From Octopus sinensis (taxonomy: Eukaryota), in NCBI RefSeq assembly GCF_006345805.1, contig NC_042997.1, forward strand, positions 139,128,001 through 139,192,000: a DNA stretch of 64,000 nucleotides, read 5' to 3'. The notes under the pieces are model-generated. The model was given only the letters and a program-made list of their open reading frames with translations, did not search any database and had not been told where the DNA came from. The position numbers and the translations under genes were made by a program. How positions within the stretch are numbered: position 1 is the stretch's first letter; each line of letters starts with the position of its first letter. Of the stretch, positions 50,919-63,000 are shown one piece after another.

Positions 50919-51694
50919 AGCCGTAATCATGATTTATAGAAACGCATGTCTCTTGAGGTCTGTTGGTGCCTTGCAAACCTTTTGTCAAATGGAACGAGTT
51001 GAGGACTCAGTTTGTTTGAGTGCTTGTGGATCATTTAATACGTGTTCTCTTAAGTGGACGGCAAGGCCTGCTTTGTTCCGCGTCACAAAACCACACCTCG
51101 TTAACTTACTTACGCCACAGTTTAATTATTGTAGAATGTCTACTAGTGTATTTTGAGGGAACCTAACAAAAAGACACCCAACGTTGAAGAAAAAAACCGA
51201 TGTTGAGTTTTGTCCAGGTGAGTTTATATTGGATGTCACTACCCATAACCAAGTAAATTATACATCAATGCCATTGTTATTTAATACTGCTATCGGTCCA
51301 GGAGAAATATATCTAATCAAGTATACTCAATTTATCAAGCTGCTTTGTCTAGATTCCTGAAAATAGTGCGGAAACATCTCCAAGATTTTGTTCCTGGTAA
51401 GCCTCAACTTAATTGTTGTGATTAAGCAATACAGAACTGGTCGCCTCCAAGCTGTGAAGAATTACACGAGTGTTTGAAAGGACAGCCATCAAAATCTCAT
51501 CTTTACGTCGATGACACTACGTCTGTTCCGACGACGAGTGTTCCAGTTGATACGATCAACCGAACAGCCTGCTCAGGAAATTAATGTGCAAGTGGCTGAG
51601 CACTCTACAGACTCGCGCACCCTTAACTTCGTTCTTAGGGAGATTCAGCGTGACACTGAATGTGACAAGGTTAGCCCCTTGAAATACAAGTACT

Positions 51695-51840
51695 GCTCAT
51701 TTTTTTTTCCAGCTGAGTGAACTGGAGCAGAATGAAATAAAGTGTCATGCTCAATGATACAACACACCACCGAAAATCGAACTCACGACCTTTCGACCAT
51801 GAACGGAATACCCTAACCACAAAGTCACGCGCCTGCACCA
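51695..51840 (-). mobile_element. tRNA-headed SINE 5' fragment
   Basis: cagctgagtgaactggagca..tgaaataaagtgtc.tgctcaa...aaccac..agtcacgcgcc. Confidence 0.8.
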
Positions 51841-52251
51841 TACTTTCATATAGTCTCATTAAAGACAAGACTTATCTAAAGTATTCCCTTTTCTTCTGAA
51901 CCCTTTTGTAAGCATGTATCTTTTGAAACCCACTGCGTTTGTTTCAATTAATTTTGAAAATAATGAAGAATTTGCTAAAATAACATTTTTACTGGTGTGA
52001 CCTTCTCATATAACTGTCTCGTGAATGTAATACATGAACGTTGACCAATTAATTTGTACGTTGGCAAATAGTGTCCTGAACCACAATCCTACTTTAAACA
52101 CAAACGGCTTTTATAACAACCAGAATAAGCACAATTCATGACACAACAACTTACACTATACACTTTTGAAAATCTAATGTGAAACCAGTCAAGTGTATTA
52201 ATTCTAATTTACTCTGTGTACATTTTCTTCTCTTTCTTTGTATGGATTAAT

Positions 52252-52306
<55 letters not shown>

Positions 52307-52399
52307 GGGAGAATTTACGAAAAAAACAACAAAAGACGAAGACAGGTAGTGTACAAAACAAACAGATGTATTAGTATAACGCTCAGGAATAGAAAAAGT

Positions 52400-52435
52400 C
52401 TTTTACGTTTCGAGTCTATGCTCTTCTACAGAAAG
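52400..52435 (-). ncRNA. Minimal type-I hammerhead-like motif with A6U core, within a ~190-bp dispersed element (52300-52490)
   Basis: Minus: cttt CTGTAGA a gagc atag actc GAA acgt A aaag. Same scaffold as 747-781. Confidence 0.62.
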
Positions 52436-52719
52436 GGACAGAGAAAACAAGGAGAGAGAAAAATGTGTGTAGTGGCTAACGATCTATCATATATATATAT
52501 ATTTATAACTTTCATTCGTTAAGAAAATCTTTATTAGTGATGAAAGCAGTATTTATTAATACTGAGAAGTAATGTTTATCTGCAGTTCAGCGTGATTATT
52601 CTATAAGAACAGACGATATTGCTGTTTTGACCCCAGAAGGACGCCTCCTCCAGTTGGTTATTCAGTGCACTTCGCACTCGATATGCATTACAAGCGCCAC
52701 TTCCTCCATCTTTATGTCC

Positions 52720-52865
52720 TAAGTTCAAATTCCGCCGAGGTTGACTTCGCCTTAGATTCTATCGGGGACGAGAAAATAAGTACCAGTTGAGCGCTATAGT
52801 CCATGTAATTGACTTACCCTCTTCTCCGAACTAGCTGGCTTTGTGCCAAAATTTGAAACCAATAT
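52720..52865 (+). mobile_element. SINE family C fragment
   Basis: gttcaaattccgccgagg..gactt...gtaccagttg...gtgccaaaatttgaaacc. Confidence 0.8.
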
Positions 52866-53999
52866 TAGTCAAACTTCCTCAAATCGCTCCTTCCAGTCTT
52901 ACATATATATTATATAAATAAAGAAAACATTAGATAATGTAGTCCTGCTTGCTTCTAAAATAACGGGATGGCAACTACTGGAATGCCTTTGATCATAAAT
53001 TTGCTCGATCAGGCCAAATTGATATGTAAGGTGGGGTTAATTTGAGAAACAAAGACAACAGCTTCAATTCTAAATTCTCTCATCATTAGATGTTTAGGTC
53101 TTCTGGGTCTTCTCTACAGCTATGAAGCATAGGGAGACGAGAGTCAAGAAAAATAAAGCATTCAATTAACCACTCTACCGTTTCTGTTATTGCACTGCAT
53201 TTTGCTAACTTGTTACCCATAACTAAAATAGCTGTTACTCACAAGCGAATAAAACTTGATAACATGTAACATATTTTCACTAATTGATATAGATACCCAT
53301 CTAGCCACCAGCATAGAAACCCTTTCGGCCTTCCTATACTTGACATAGCAAAGCGTCCATAATGTAATAACTGGAAGGAGTTAGGGTTATATCAGCTTAA
53401 TAGGCTGACGCAGTCTGGAATAAAGTGTCTTGCTCAAGGACACAAAACGCCAGCTAGTTCAGTTATATCATCATAATATCTAACTATATCGTAGTCAGTA
53501 CTGGATATAGGCATAAAATAAACAAATTATAGCTTAGAACTTCACAATCCACAAAGGCCTCAATATAATCAAACGAAATATTTTTGTGTAACCATCTACT
53601 GTAAGTTTTTATCAAATGGCTTCCAAATTTTATATAGATTTAAAGGATGGCATTAGCCACTTTTTCAAGAAGCGGGGTGCATGAGACATGCCTCATCATC
53701 AGCCGTGTTGCACTACTAAAAATATTCAAGGTGATTTTTTTTGTTAGGTATGCCATTCAGAACGTCCCGCAGGTCGCAGTTGGTCTTACCGATTCTAAAT
53801 CCGGTTTTGATTGAAGTGACAAGTCATTAAAGGAACTTCTACGTAGTCACCTGCCATGTTTAATGAAAAATTTTTTATTTAAAGTGTCCAAATGACATTT
53901 AAATGATTCCTTAAAGCTGATCTGCTATCTTGTGTAGAGGGCGTGCTTCAGTAGCAGAGTTGGCTAGGGATAATCTACGACAAAAACTAGAATATTTAC

Positions 54000-54587
54000 T
54001 TTCACCAACACAACAACAGAGCTTTTCTTGACCGTCAATCGTAAAATGTTTTAGTCTTCATTTTAAAATGACACCAGAACATGCACTTCTAAGGTTAACT
54101 GTTTCAGATCTAACCAAGATTGGAACTGAAGAGTACACTTTTTTCATTCAAATTCGCTGTCAGAATTTGATCCATAGAGGTCATCAGATTTCTTACCTGA
54201 TCCATGTCAATATAGGTCCCCAGTGCCATACCATTTGTAGTGACTGTCTTCGTTTGTTTTAATTACAAACCTATTCCACATCTTGCTCTGCTAAGGTCCC
54301 TGACAGTGTATCAACGTCATAGAATCACGTTCAGCTTGTACCTATGAACTTTTATGACTATGTAAAAATCAAATCAATAATATTTGTTTGGTCGAGACAC
54401 TAGATCGTTTAAAATAATCGATATGATATACCTCAGTATCTTATTGATCTTCATTTCATTGGTAAGCAGCAGCACCAGCACCAGGACCAGCACCGGCAGC
54501 ACCAACAGCAGCTGCAGTAGCAGAAACGTTGGTATGTGTGCGTTTCTCGGCGTGAATATATATGTGACGCGTGGGGAAGACACAATA

Positions 54588-54682
<95 letters not shown>

Positions 54683-55330
54683 TGTGTGTGTGTGTGTACT
54701 GGCACATACAGATGAGCGCGTGAGGTCGGTTAATGAAATTTTGCTATGATGGCAATGCAACGGGTGAGGAATATGCCAAGTTTTAAAATGAGACTTCGTT
54801 CACGAAGTTCTCTCTATGACAGTCGAATAATCACAAGGCAAAGAGGTGATGATAGTGGTGGTGGTGGTGGTGGTTGTGGTGCTACTGCTGATTAAGGTGA
54901 TGACGAGGATAGTAGTATGGCAGCTGGAGAAGTATGATGGGTTAAAAATGCGGGACACAAATTTGGGGAAGACAACGCTGTGTAGAACAGCCTGTCGACT
55001 ATCAGCCAGTTTCACCTATAAACAATGCATTAAATACCATGTATGTCATAATAACCGTTGATGGAATTACACTTTATGTATACCTACATCAACCGCATCT
55101 ACAACGGTCTCTGCTACTCTGAACTACCAAGAGGTATACTTCTTCCATTCAAGTCAACTCGATACATACATATACTTTTTCTTCTGTTGTCCTCCATACT
55201 GTACGTTCTTTCCCGATCACATCTTTTTTGTAGATGTCGTCTTAGAGAGTTTCAAGTGAACATAAACCGTATCAAACAATGGCACATATTTCTGAGGGTA
55301 CTCCGAAGGACATTAATGCACTGCTCTCTC
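54000..55330 (-). mobile_element. Scattered degenerate Penelope-like RT and GIY-YIG remnants
   Basis: NGMALGTYID (~54200-54240), FIGETG (~55005-55025), ILKLG (~54770-54790), interrupted by microsatellites. Confidence 0.35.
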
Positions 55331-55392
55331 CTCTTTTTCTCACTAGCCAGAATCTACTCGCACACAAACACACACAGAGAATACATATGTAA

Positions 55393-55436
<44 letters not shown>

Positions 55437-55598
55437 TCAAAATAAGCAACAAGAATAACTCCGGTAATTTGGTACGATCGTTTCGCACTACATCATTTTA
55501 TTAAATGTTGTAAGTATTACAACAGTTTTAAAATGCTGAGCACTCATCAGCCATTAATAGACGTTTTCCATTAATACATAATTTTCATATCAAGTGGT

Positions 55599-55634
<36 letters not shown>

Positions 55635-55637
<3 letters not shown>

Positions 55638-56695
55638 CTGTTTTTAAATAAATGTCCAGTTCCTTTGGTTTGTGTCTATGTTTTCGTTTCTCATTGTGTT
55701 CGACGTCCTTTTTGGTGTCCTGTACTCATATATGCGTGTATATGTACATGTAGAGGTAGGTACGTACATATATGTTTATATATATGCATATGTTTTATTT
55801 TATTTATTAATATATTATATGATGAAACGCACGCACCCCCTTAATTAAGATTGTTCTTTATATCAAGTTTTTGTTCTGGATATTAACTCTCACGCGCACT
55901 CTTAACCTTTCTTTCCCATCCCTTTCTCAGCCTTCATTCTTTGTTTTCCTTTTCCTCTACTTAACCTGTCTCTTCCTCTCTCTCATTCTTCACTCTCTCT
56001 CTCCCCCTCTCAATTCTTCATGGTTTCCTCGCAGCCATTCCCCTTCTCCTCTCCCTTTCTCTTGCTCCTCCTCCCCCCTTTCCGTCGTTCACCCGCGACG
56101 TGACTTCCGCCTTCCCGTCGTTCACTCGCGACGTCACTTCCGCTGCTGTCTCTCTCGCCTGGCTCTTTCAAGGTAATGGACGACACTCTTTTTCCTCCAC
56201 TCGTCGTCCATAAAAAATTCTGCGTTTCCAATACTTTTTTTCGTTCGGCGTCAACAGCCCTTCTTATCTTGTTTTCCTTGTCCTGTCTTATACTGTTTAC
56301 AATTTGCACTGTCGTTACTGTCCTGTTGTTACTATTTTTTACCCCTCTGCGAAAAGATCTCAGAATTTTAATTGATTTGCTTTTCGCAGGAAGGAAAGTT
56401 TTCTTGTCGAAGATACGTCTCGCTTTTATCCTTCGAAACGTAGAGTAGATGAAAGCTTTAGCGACTGAAGAAGGGTTTTTTTCTTTGTGTTAATTGTCCT
56501 GTATTCTATTTTTTTTTTGCTGTTTTTAAATAAACGTCCAGTTCCTTTGGTTTGTGTCTATGTTTTCGTTTCTCATTGTGTTCGACGTCCTTTTTGGTGT
56601 CCTGTACTCATATATGCGTGTATATGTACATGTAGAGGTAGGTACGTACATATATATTTATATATATGCATATGTTTTATTTTATTTATTAATAT
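55635..56695 (+). mobile_element. Non-coding element bounded by ~180-bp near-identical direct repeats (PLE pLTR/retrozyme-like architecture)
   Basis: ttgctgtttttaaataaa(t/c)gtccagttcc...ttttatttattaatata at 55635-55813 and 56517-56695, with only about 2 differences visible. Confidence 0.8.
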
Positions 56696-56715
56696 ATATA
56701 TATATATATATATAT

Positions 56716-57545
56716 ACTACCTGACGTACCCGGGAATTCCCGGGAAAACCGGGGCTTTACCCTTGGTTTCGTTCTCATAATTGTTTTGCTAATCCAATAA
56801 CAACAATACAAAGTATGTCGCCCTTAAAATGATTTTTGTGCATTTACAGAGAATACCAAACTATCTTACACAAGATCTTGTTTTTAGGAATTCCCAATAA
56901 GTTATGAATACCCAAATTGTGAAGTCACTTATACAATAACATGAAACTAGTTACCCGATAGTTTGAATTCAAATAAATTAGGCCCGATAAGGGCTTTAAT
57001 GCGTTCCCAGAGTATATAGAACATAGGAGGAAATACTTAAAAAGGTATTATGCTAAAATCGTGAAGCAGGTTACGTAATAACAGGCTAATCAGATATGAG
57101 ATAATAACAATTCAAAGATAATAACTCTGAAAAGGGCCTTTGTGCGTTCCCATTAGGGGCGCTAGTGTTGGTATATTCGTGAATAAGTCACTAAGTGAAA
57201 TAAGTGGATCTATTATTTAGGAAAATGTTATTTACTTGTTTAAGTGTTGTACTGGATAAATTACGAAAATAACTCTAATAGTTCAAATACTAAGAAATAG
57301 GCATACTCAATTTGATTTATACCAAGTAATTTAGGAAAATGGATGGGCTATTTCCCTTGGCTATATATAAGGATCCCTTCCAGGCAGTCTATTATCGATT
57401 TTTTTTCAACAATCTGAGTATGCCATGAAGTTTCCAAACATGAATTTTACTCACATATTAAGTTTCATCAAAATCGATCAAACGATGTAGGAGGAGTTAG
57501 CTAACAATTCCACAAACACACCCACAGACAGAATTTCCGACACAT
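56716..57545 (-). mobile_element. Non-autonomous Helitron/DINE-like element
   Basis: cccgggaattcccggg hairpin next to tacta at the left end; gtaggaggagttag...acagacaga at the right end. Confidence 0.6.
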
Positions 57546-57551
57546 GCAGTA

Positions 57552-57891
57552 AAAGGGTAAAGACCCCCTTCGGTCATGAATGACCATGTGATTGCACCTA
57601 GAAAGTTACCCTCCTAGACACAAGTCCGGGCAAGGTTGTTTTATGGAAGACCAGCAGTCGCCCATGCATACCAGCCTCCCCTCTCCACGCCACCAGTGTT
57701 ATCCAAGGGAAAGACAAAGGTCGATACAGCTTGGCACCAGTGACGTCGCAACTCATTTCTACAGCTGAGTGAACTGGAGCAACGTGAAATAAAGTGCCTT
57801 GTCCAAAAACACAACACGCAGCCCGGTCCGGGATTCGAGCTCACAACCTCACGATCGTAAGCTCGACGCTCTAACCACTGAGCCATGCGCC
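57552..57891 (-). mobile_element. SINE family A with 8-9-bp TSD
   Basis: (c)atgcagta at 57543-57551 and 57891-57899. Confidence 0.92.
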
Positions 57892-58039
57892 ATGCAGTAG
57901 AAGTATATATATATATATATAGGCGCAGGAGTGGGTGTGTGGTAAGTAGCTTGCTTAGCAACCACAACTAATTATATGTAAAAATATGCGTAAACTTTTA
58001 ACACGTTTGATAGAAATCCACACAAAGTAAAAAAAATCA

Positions 58040-58438
58040 TTATACAAAAAAGAATAAGAAACCAGACATAGTGTTAATTGAGAAAGAAAGCAAACGATGC
58101 TGGATCATAGATATAACACGCCCAGTTGACAACGAGGTTTGCAATAAGGAAAAATGAAAAGTCGATAGATATGACAGGTTAGCTTGGTAGTTTAAGCAGT
58201 TGTCGTCGAGGAAAAACGTGGCAGTAGTACCAATAATTGTCGGAGCGCTGGAAACAGTGAGTAAAAATCTTGAGAAGTACATGGAACAAATAAGGGCTGC
58301 AATAAGGTTGGAGCACTTGCAGAAAATAGCACTGCTTGGAACCGCTCGAATACTCTGGATGGTGCTCGAAAAACAAAAAGGTGTTACCTTAGTTCACTGG
58401 TAGTGAACAGCTGGCACTGTAGTGCATCTCCAGCATTA
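58040..58438 (+). mobile_element. R4/Dong-like 3' fragment 1 (RLE end) followed by (TAA)n 58439-58514
   Basis: VAVVPIIVGALETVSKNLEKY...LQKIALLGTARILWMVL. Confidence 0.85.
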
Positions 58439-58514
<76 letters not shown>

Positions 58515-58516
<2 letters not shown>

Positions 58517-58880
58517 CGATTGTGGATAAGGCAAAGTAAAGTTGCTTATCGACTCATCATGCCCGTTTGATTCAAGGATCGTAAAGAAAGAGGAAGAAAG
58601 ATAATAAAAATACAATCCCTTAAAGTTTGAAGTAGGGAGAATTTGGAGCATGTGAACAGTAAATGTCGTGCCTGTAAAAATTAGTGCGTTGGGAACAGTA
58701 AGCTAAGATATAGACAAATGGCTGAAAGAAATTGAAATGGACTACCCGTCAGAGCTCTAACAGTAAGTTTGTCTCTTAGGGACAGCAGGGATTATCAGGA
58801 TGGTTCTAAGTACTAGAAAGACTGCTGAAAACTTGTGGATACCTAGTAACCCGCTATCCACAAAAAGCCAAACCAGAATA
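58515..58880 (+). mobile_element. R4/Dong-like 3' fragment 2
   Basis: LIDSSCPFDSRIVKKEEE...YNPLKFEVGRIW...VVPV...LGTAGIIRMVL with stops; ends in aataataataa. Confidence 0.82.
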
Positions 58881-58949
58881 ATAATAAAAATAATACATTG
58901 GAAATTGGGCAGTAAGTAAGGGCTAGAGAGGGGCATGATGTTGTATGAG

Positions 58950-59420
58950 CACAAACCGCGGAGAGTGACGGAGTCGGGGACTTGCAAATTCCCCTGGGAT
59001 TGCCCAATCCAAACAGATGAGGTGCTAGAGCATAATTGACCTGACCTAGTGGTAGTCGACAAGATGCACTACATGTGGTATATAATAGATGCTGCGTACA
59101 CCTTCGACCCACGAATAGTCAAGAAAGAATACAAAAAAGAAAGATAAATACAACCCTCTTAAGTACGAAATAGCCCGGCTATGGAAAATGAAGATGAACA
59201 CGGTGCCAATGATTGTTGGGTCCTAGGGGACAGTACCAAAAAGCACCAAGAAGAATATAAAAATAATCGGAAAAAAATGTCCAGTAGAACTGTTACAAAA
59301 TGTTTGCTTCCTTGACACGGTCAAAATAATCAGAAAAGTATTAAATAGTTGAAAAGAAGGGATAGCTGCAGATATCAAGCCCGCTATGCATGAAAGACTC
59401 CAAGAGTTACAACAAAACCT
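58950..59420 (+). mobile_element. R4/Dong-like 3' fragment 3 followed by (AAC)n/(TAA)n 59435-59550
   Basis: IDAAYTFDPRIVKKE, KYNPLKYEIARLWKM, VPMIVGSLGTVPK, LLQNVCFLDTVKIIRKVL. Confidence 0.82.
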
Positions 59421-59479
59421 GAGATAAAAAGAAAAATAACAACAACAATAACAACAACAACAACAACAATAATAACAAC

Positions 59480-59550
<71 letters not shown>

Positions 59551-60099
59551 GATTCTCTCTGGTCGAACACAACTTCTCTATTCACAAACAATACAGAACA
59601 GCCCTTCCTTAATTTTTCTTAAGCCTAATAGTAGTAAACATCTGAACTTTTTTTGACCGATAGGACCCCACCTAAAAAAAAAAAAAAAGAAAAAAATATC
59701 ACTGATGGTGATGGTGATGATGATAATAATGATAGTAATAGTACTGATAATCTATCTATCTATCTACACACACACACACTCAAAGAGTTCAACCAACACA
59801 AAGAAAGTATTATTTGACAGGCAAGAACTCTGGTGTTGAAGACAGTCAGCCAGCCAACCACCAAGCCAGCCAACGAGACAGACAGACACTACTGTGATGG
59901 TGATAATGATAAAAAAACAAAAATAACAATAATAAGATACTGCTGTGACTACACATAAAACAATATCATTGATGATGATGGTGGTGATGGTGATGGTGAT
60001 AATGATGATGGTAATGGTGGTGATAATGATGATAGTGATGGTAATGGTGATGATAATAACAATAATAAGCCGACTACGGATGCTATAATGGTACGATTA

Positions 60100-63000
60100 T
60101 AATTGTAACGACAATGATGGCCGTCTCCCCACGAGCCAATCAAAGCTAAAAAATGATAACATTATCGTAGCACCAAAATGTTTTTGGAAACTGAAAGGAA
60201 AACTAAATCAGTATACCAAATCGCTTGTCCTATGGTTAATCTGGAAGCGCGTCCCCCAGGGAAGAGCCAGCCTGGGATCGAAAATTCATCAACTGGCACA
60301 AACTCTTCTCCGAATACGGACATGGATGGTCACTTGAACGGGAAATCCCCCAACTCGAGCCCTCCAAGTTCACCACCACAACCACCACAGAAAGAAAAAT
60401 GTAAGCGGAACAAATGGACCCGAGAAGAGTATAAAGAAGTAATATACGCTTATTACTATGCATTAGGTAGGCCATCTCAAGAGAGACACACCGCAAACTC
60501 TTACAGTATATGGAGAACACGGAATCAAGACAGTAGGCCCTATTTGGACGAGAACAAATTAGCAAATGTGAGGAGGGATATCTTTAGAAATAACAGACTC
60601 ACAGACAGTGAAATAAGCGCGATCAAGCACGCAACGGAAAATGACATAAATATAAGACACAAAGGAAATGAAGAATCAGATGAACAGTATATCCCGCCAC
60701 GAGGCTTAATTGAAAGACTGCCATCTGACCAAAGTACGCAAAGGCCTGAAGATACAAGAAATTCTATTGTACCTGTTAAAGATAGCCAGGAAAACGAAAA
60801 AACAACAGTAACTGAAGATCTCGCATTTGCTGAAGAACACAGAGAGTCTATGGCAGAAATGAGGCAGAAAATCCTGAATACGCTTGAAGTTGTAAGACAT
60901 ACAAGTATGAATGATAGAGAACCACTTCATAAACTCTCAAATACAAACCAAAATAAAAAACAAATCCAAATTGGCAACTATGTAACAAATGAAATAATAC
61001 GAGAATTAAAACCTGATTTTACTGAGTTAAATGAAATTATTTACGCTTCTGCTAGGGCAATTGAAACCAGCTGTATGCCCCCGAAAAAACAAAGAAAACC
61101 AAACCTGGGAAGAAATCAAACCTGGAGAAGTAAAATTGAAAAAGAGATTGAATTTATGAGAGGGGAAATATCAATATTAAATGAACTAATATGTGGAAAT
61201 GATGTAAGATCCAGAACAGGAAGAAAGATGAAGAGAAAATTTGGATCCTCACCAAGAGAAGAACTGATATCAATAAAAGAAACGCTGAAACAAAAAGTCC
61301 AAGCAAAAGCCCAAAGAATACGAAGATTTGAGAAGAGAAACAAGTTTTACAAGCAAAATAAGCTGTTCACATCCAATGCCAAAAAATTCTACAGAGAAAT
61401 AGGGAAGGAGAAAGTAACCATTAAAGACCCCCCCCTCCCATGGAAGAAGTTCAAAACTTTTGGAAAAGGATTTGGAGTGACAAGAAGACGTACAACATAA
61501 ATGCAGACTGGATTATACAAACTGAAGGATCCTACCAAAATTTACAACGACAAGCATGGGAAGACATCCCAATAGCAGACCTAAGAAAGGCACTCACGAA
61601 GGCCCATAATTGGAAATCCCCCGGTAAAGATAGGGTGCCGAATTTCTGGCTCGCATCGCTCCCATGCGCACACGGTAAGCTAGTTCAGCTGATCAATGGA
61701 AAACACCTGAATGGTTAGCAAGTGGCATTACTTACCTACTCCCAAAGAATAACGAAACCAACCTTCCAAAAAACTATCGGCCTATAACCTGTCTATCCAC
61801 CACGTATAAAATCCTAACATCTATCCTGGAAGAGAAAACATATGCATTCATGGAGAAGAACGATATTTTCCCCATTGAACAAAAAGGGTGCCGCCGAGGC
61901 TCTTACGGATGCAAAGATCAACTGCTAATCAATCGTATGATCCTTGAGAACTGTCACAACAAGCGCAGAAATCTCAGCACCGCATGGATTGACTATAAAA
62001 AGGCCTTCGACAGTATACCGCATCCATGGATCTTGAGATCGCTGGACATCTTCAAAATTTCCCCTGTGATTTCAAACTTCCTGAAGCACAATATGTCGTT
62101 GTGGAATACGAATCTCCAACTATACCACTCTAATGGAGTACTTGCCTCAGAAAATATAAACATCAACTGCGGAATTTTTCAAGGTGACTCACTTTCACCT
62201 TTAATATTCTGCATAGCCCTAATACCCCTTACAAGTGAATTAAACAGAACAGAGTATGGGTATAAAATTGCCAATAAAAAAATAAGCCATCTATTTTATA
62301 TGGATGACTTAAAACTTTATGGTAAAGACAATAATGAACTTGAAGGCCTATTGCGCACCGTGAGAGCATTCAGCGATGACATCGGGATGGAGTTTGGACT
62401 TGGGAAGTGTGCCAAGGCCACTTTCCAGAAAGGGAAAGTGAAGACCACAAATTCAGTCGTGTTAGATGTTGACACAGTCATAAGAGAGCTTGAGCAAGAA
62501 CAAACATACAAATATTTAGGGATAAATGAAGGCTCTGGTATTCAGCATGCAAGCATGAAAGAGAAAATCAGGAAGGAATGTTATAGGAGAGTTCGTGCAG
62601 TCCTGAAATCTGAACTAAATGCACGTAACAAGGTGTTAGCTATAAATTCCTTAGCAGTTCCAGTTGTTACTTATAGCTACAATGTGTTGAACTGGAATAT
62701 GAGTGAAGTAAAGAATATAGATAGAAAAATACGCAAGCTGCTGAGTTGTAATAGGATGCACCACCCAAAGGCAGACGTAGATCGCCTTTACCGTCCCAGA
62801 GCCCAAGGAGGTCGAGGCCTGATCCAATTTGAACTAGCTTACAAAACAATCACAATTGGACTGGCCAAATATCTTGAAATATCGAATGACTGGATGCTAA
62901 AGCTCGTGGAAAATCACGAGAGACGAAAGAAGCTTCATTCTATCATCAAGGAAAGCAAAAAATTTGCTATTGATCTCGTGCAGGATACCCAAACTGAACA

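Noticed and set aside
50940-51110. C2H2-like peptides on the minus strand (CGFVTRNKAGLAVHLREH; VCKAPTDLKRH) as a host zinc-finger exon
   Set aside because: Interrupted by stops, no TGEKP linkers and no splice sites; more likely a decayed LINE C-terminal zinc finger.
60060-60180. HDV-like ribozyme at the R4 5' end (cgt ctcccc acg resembles P3/L3)
   Set aside because: I could not find a P1 partner, the GG of P1.1 or a P2 closing strand.
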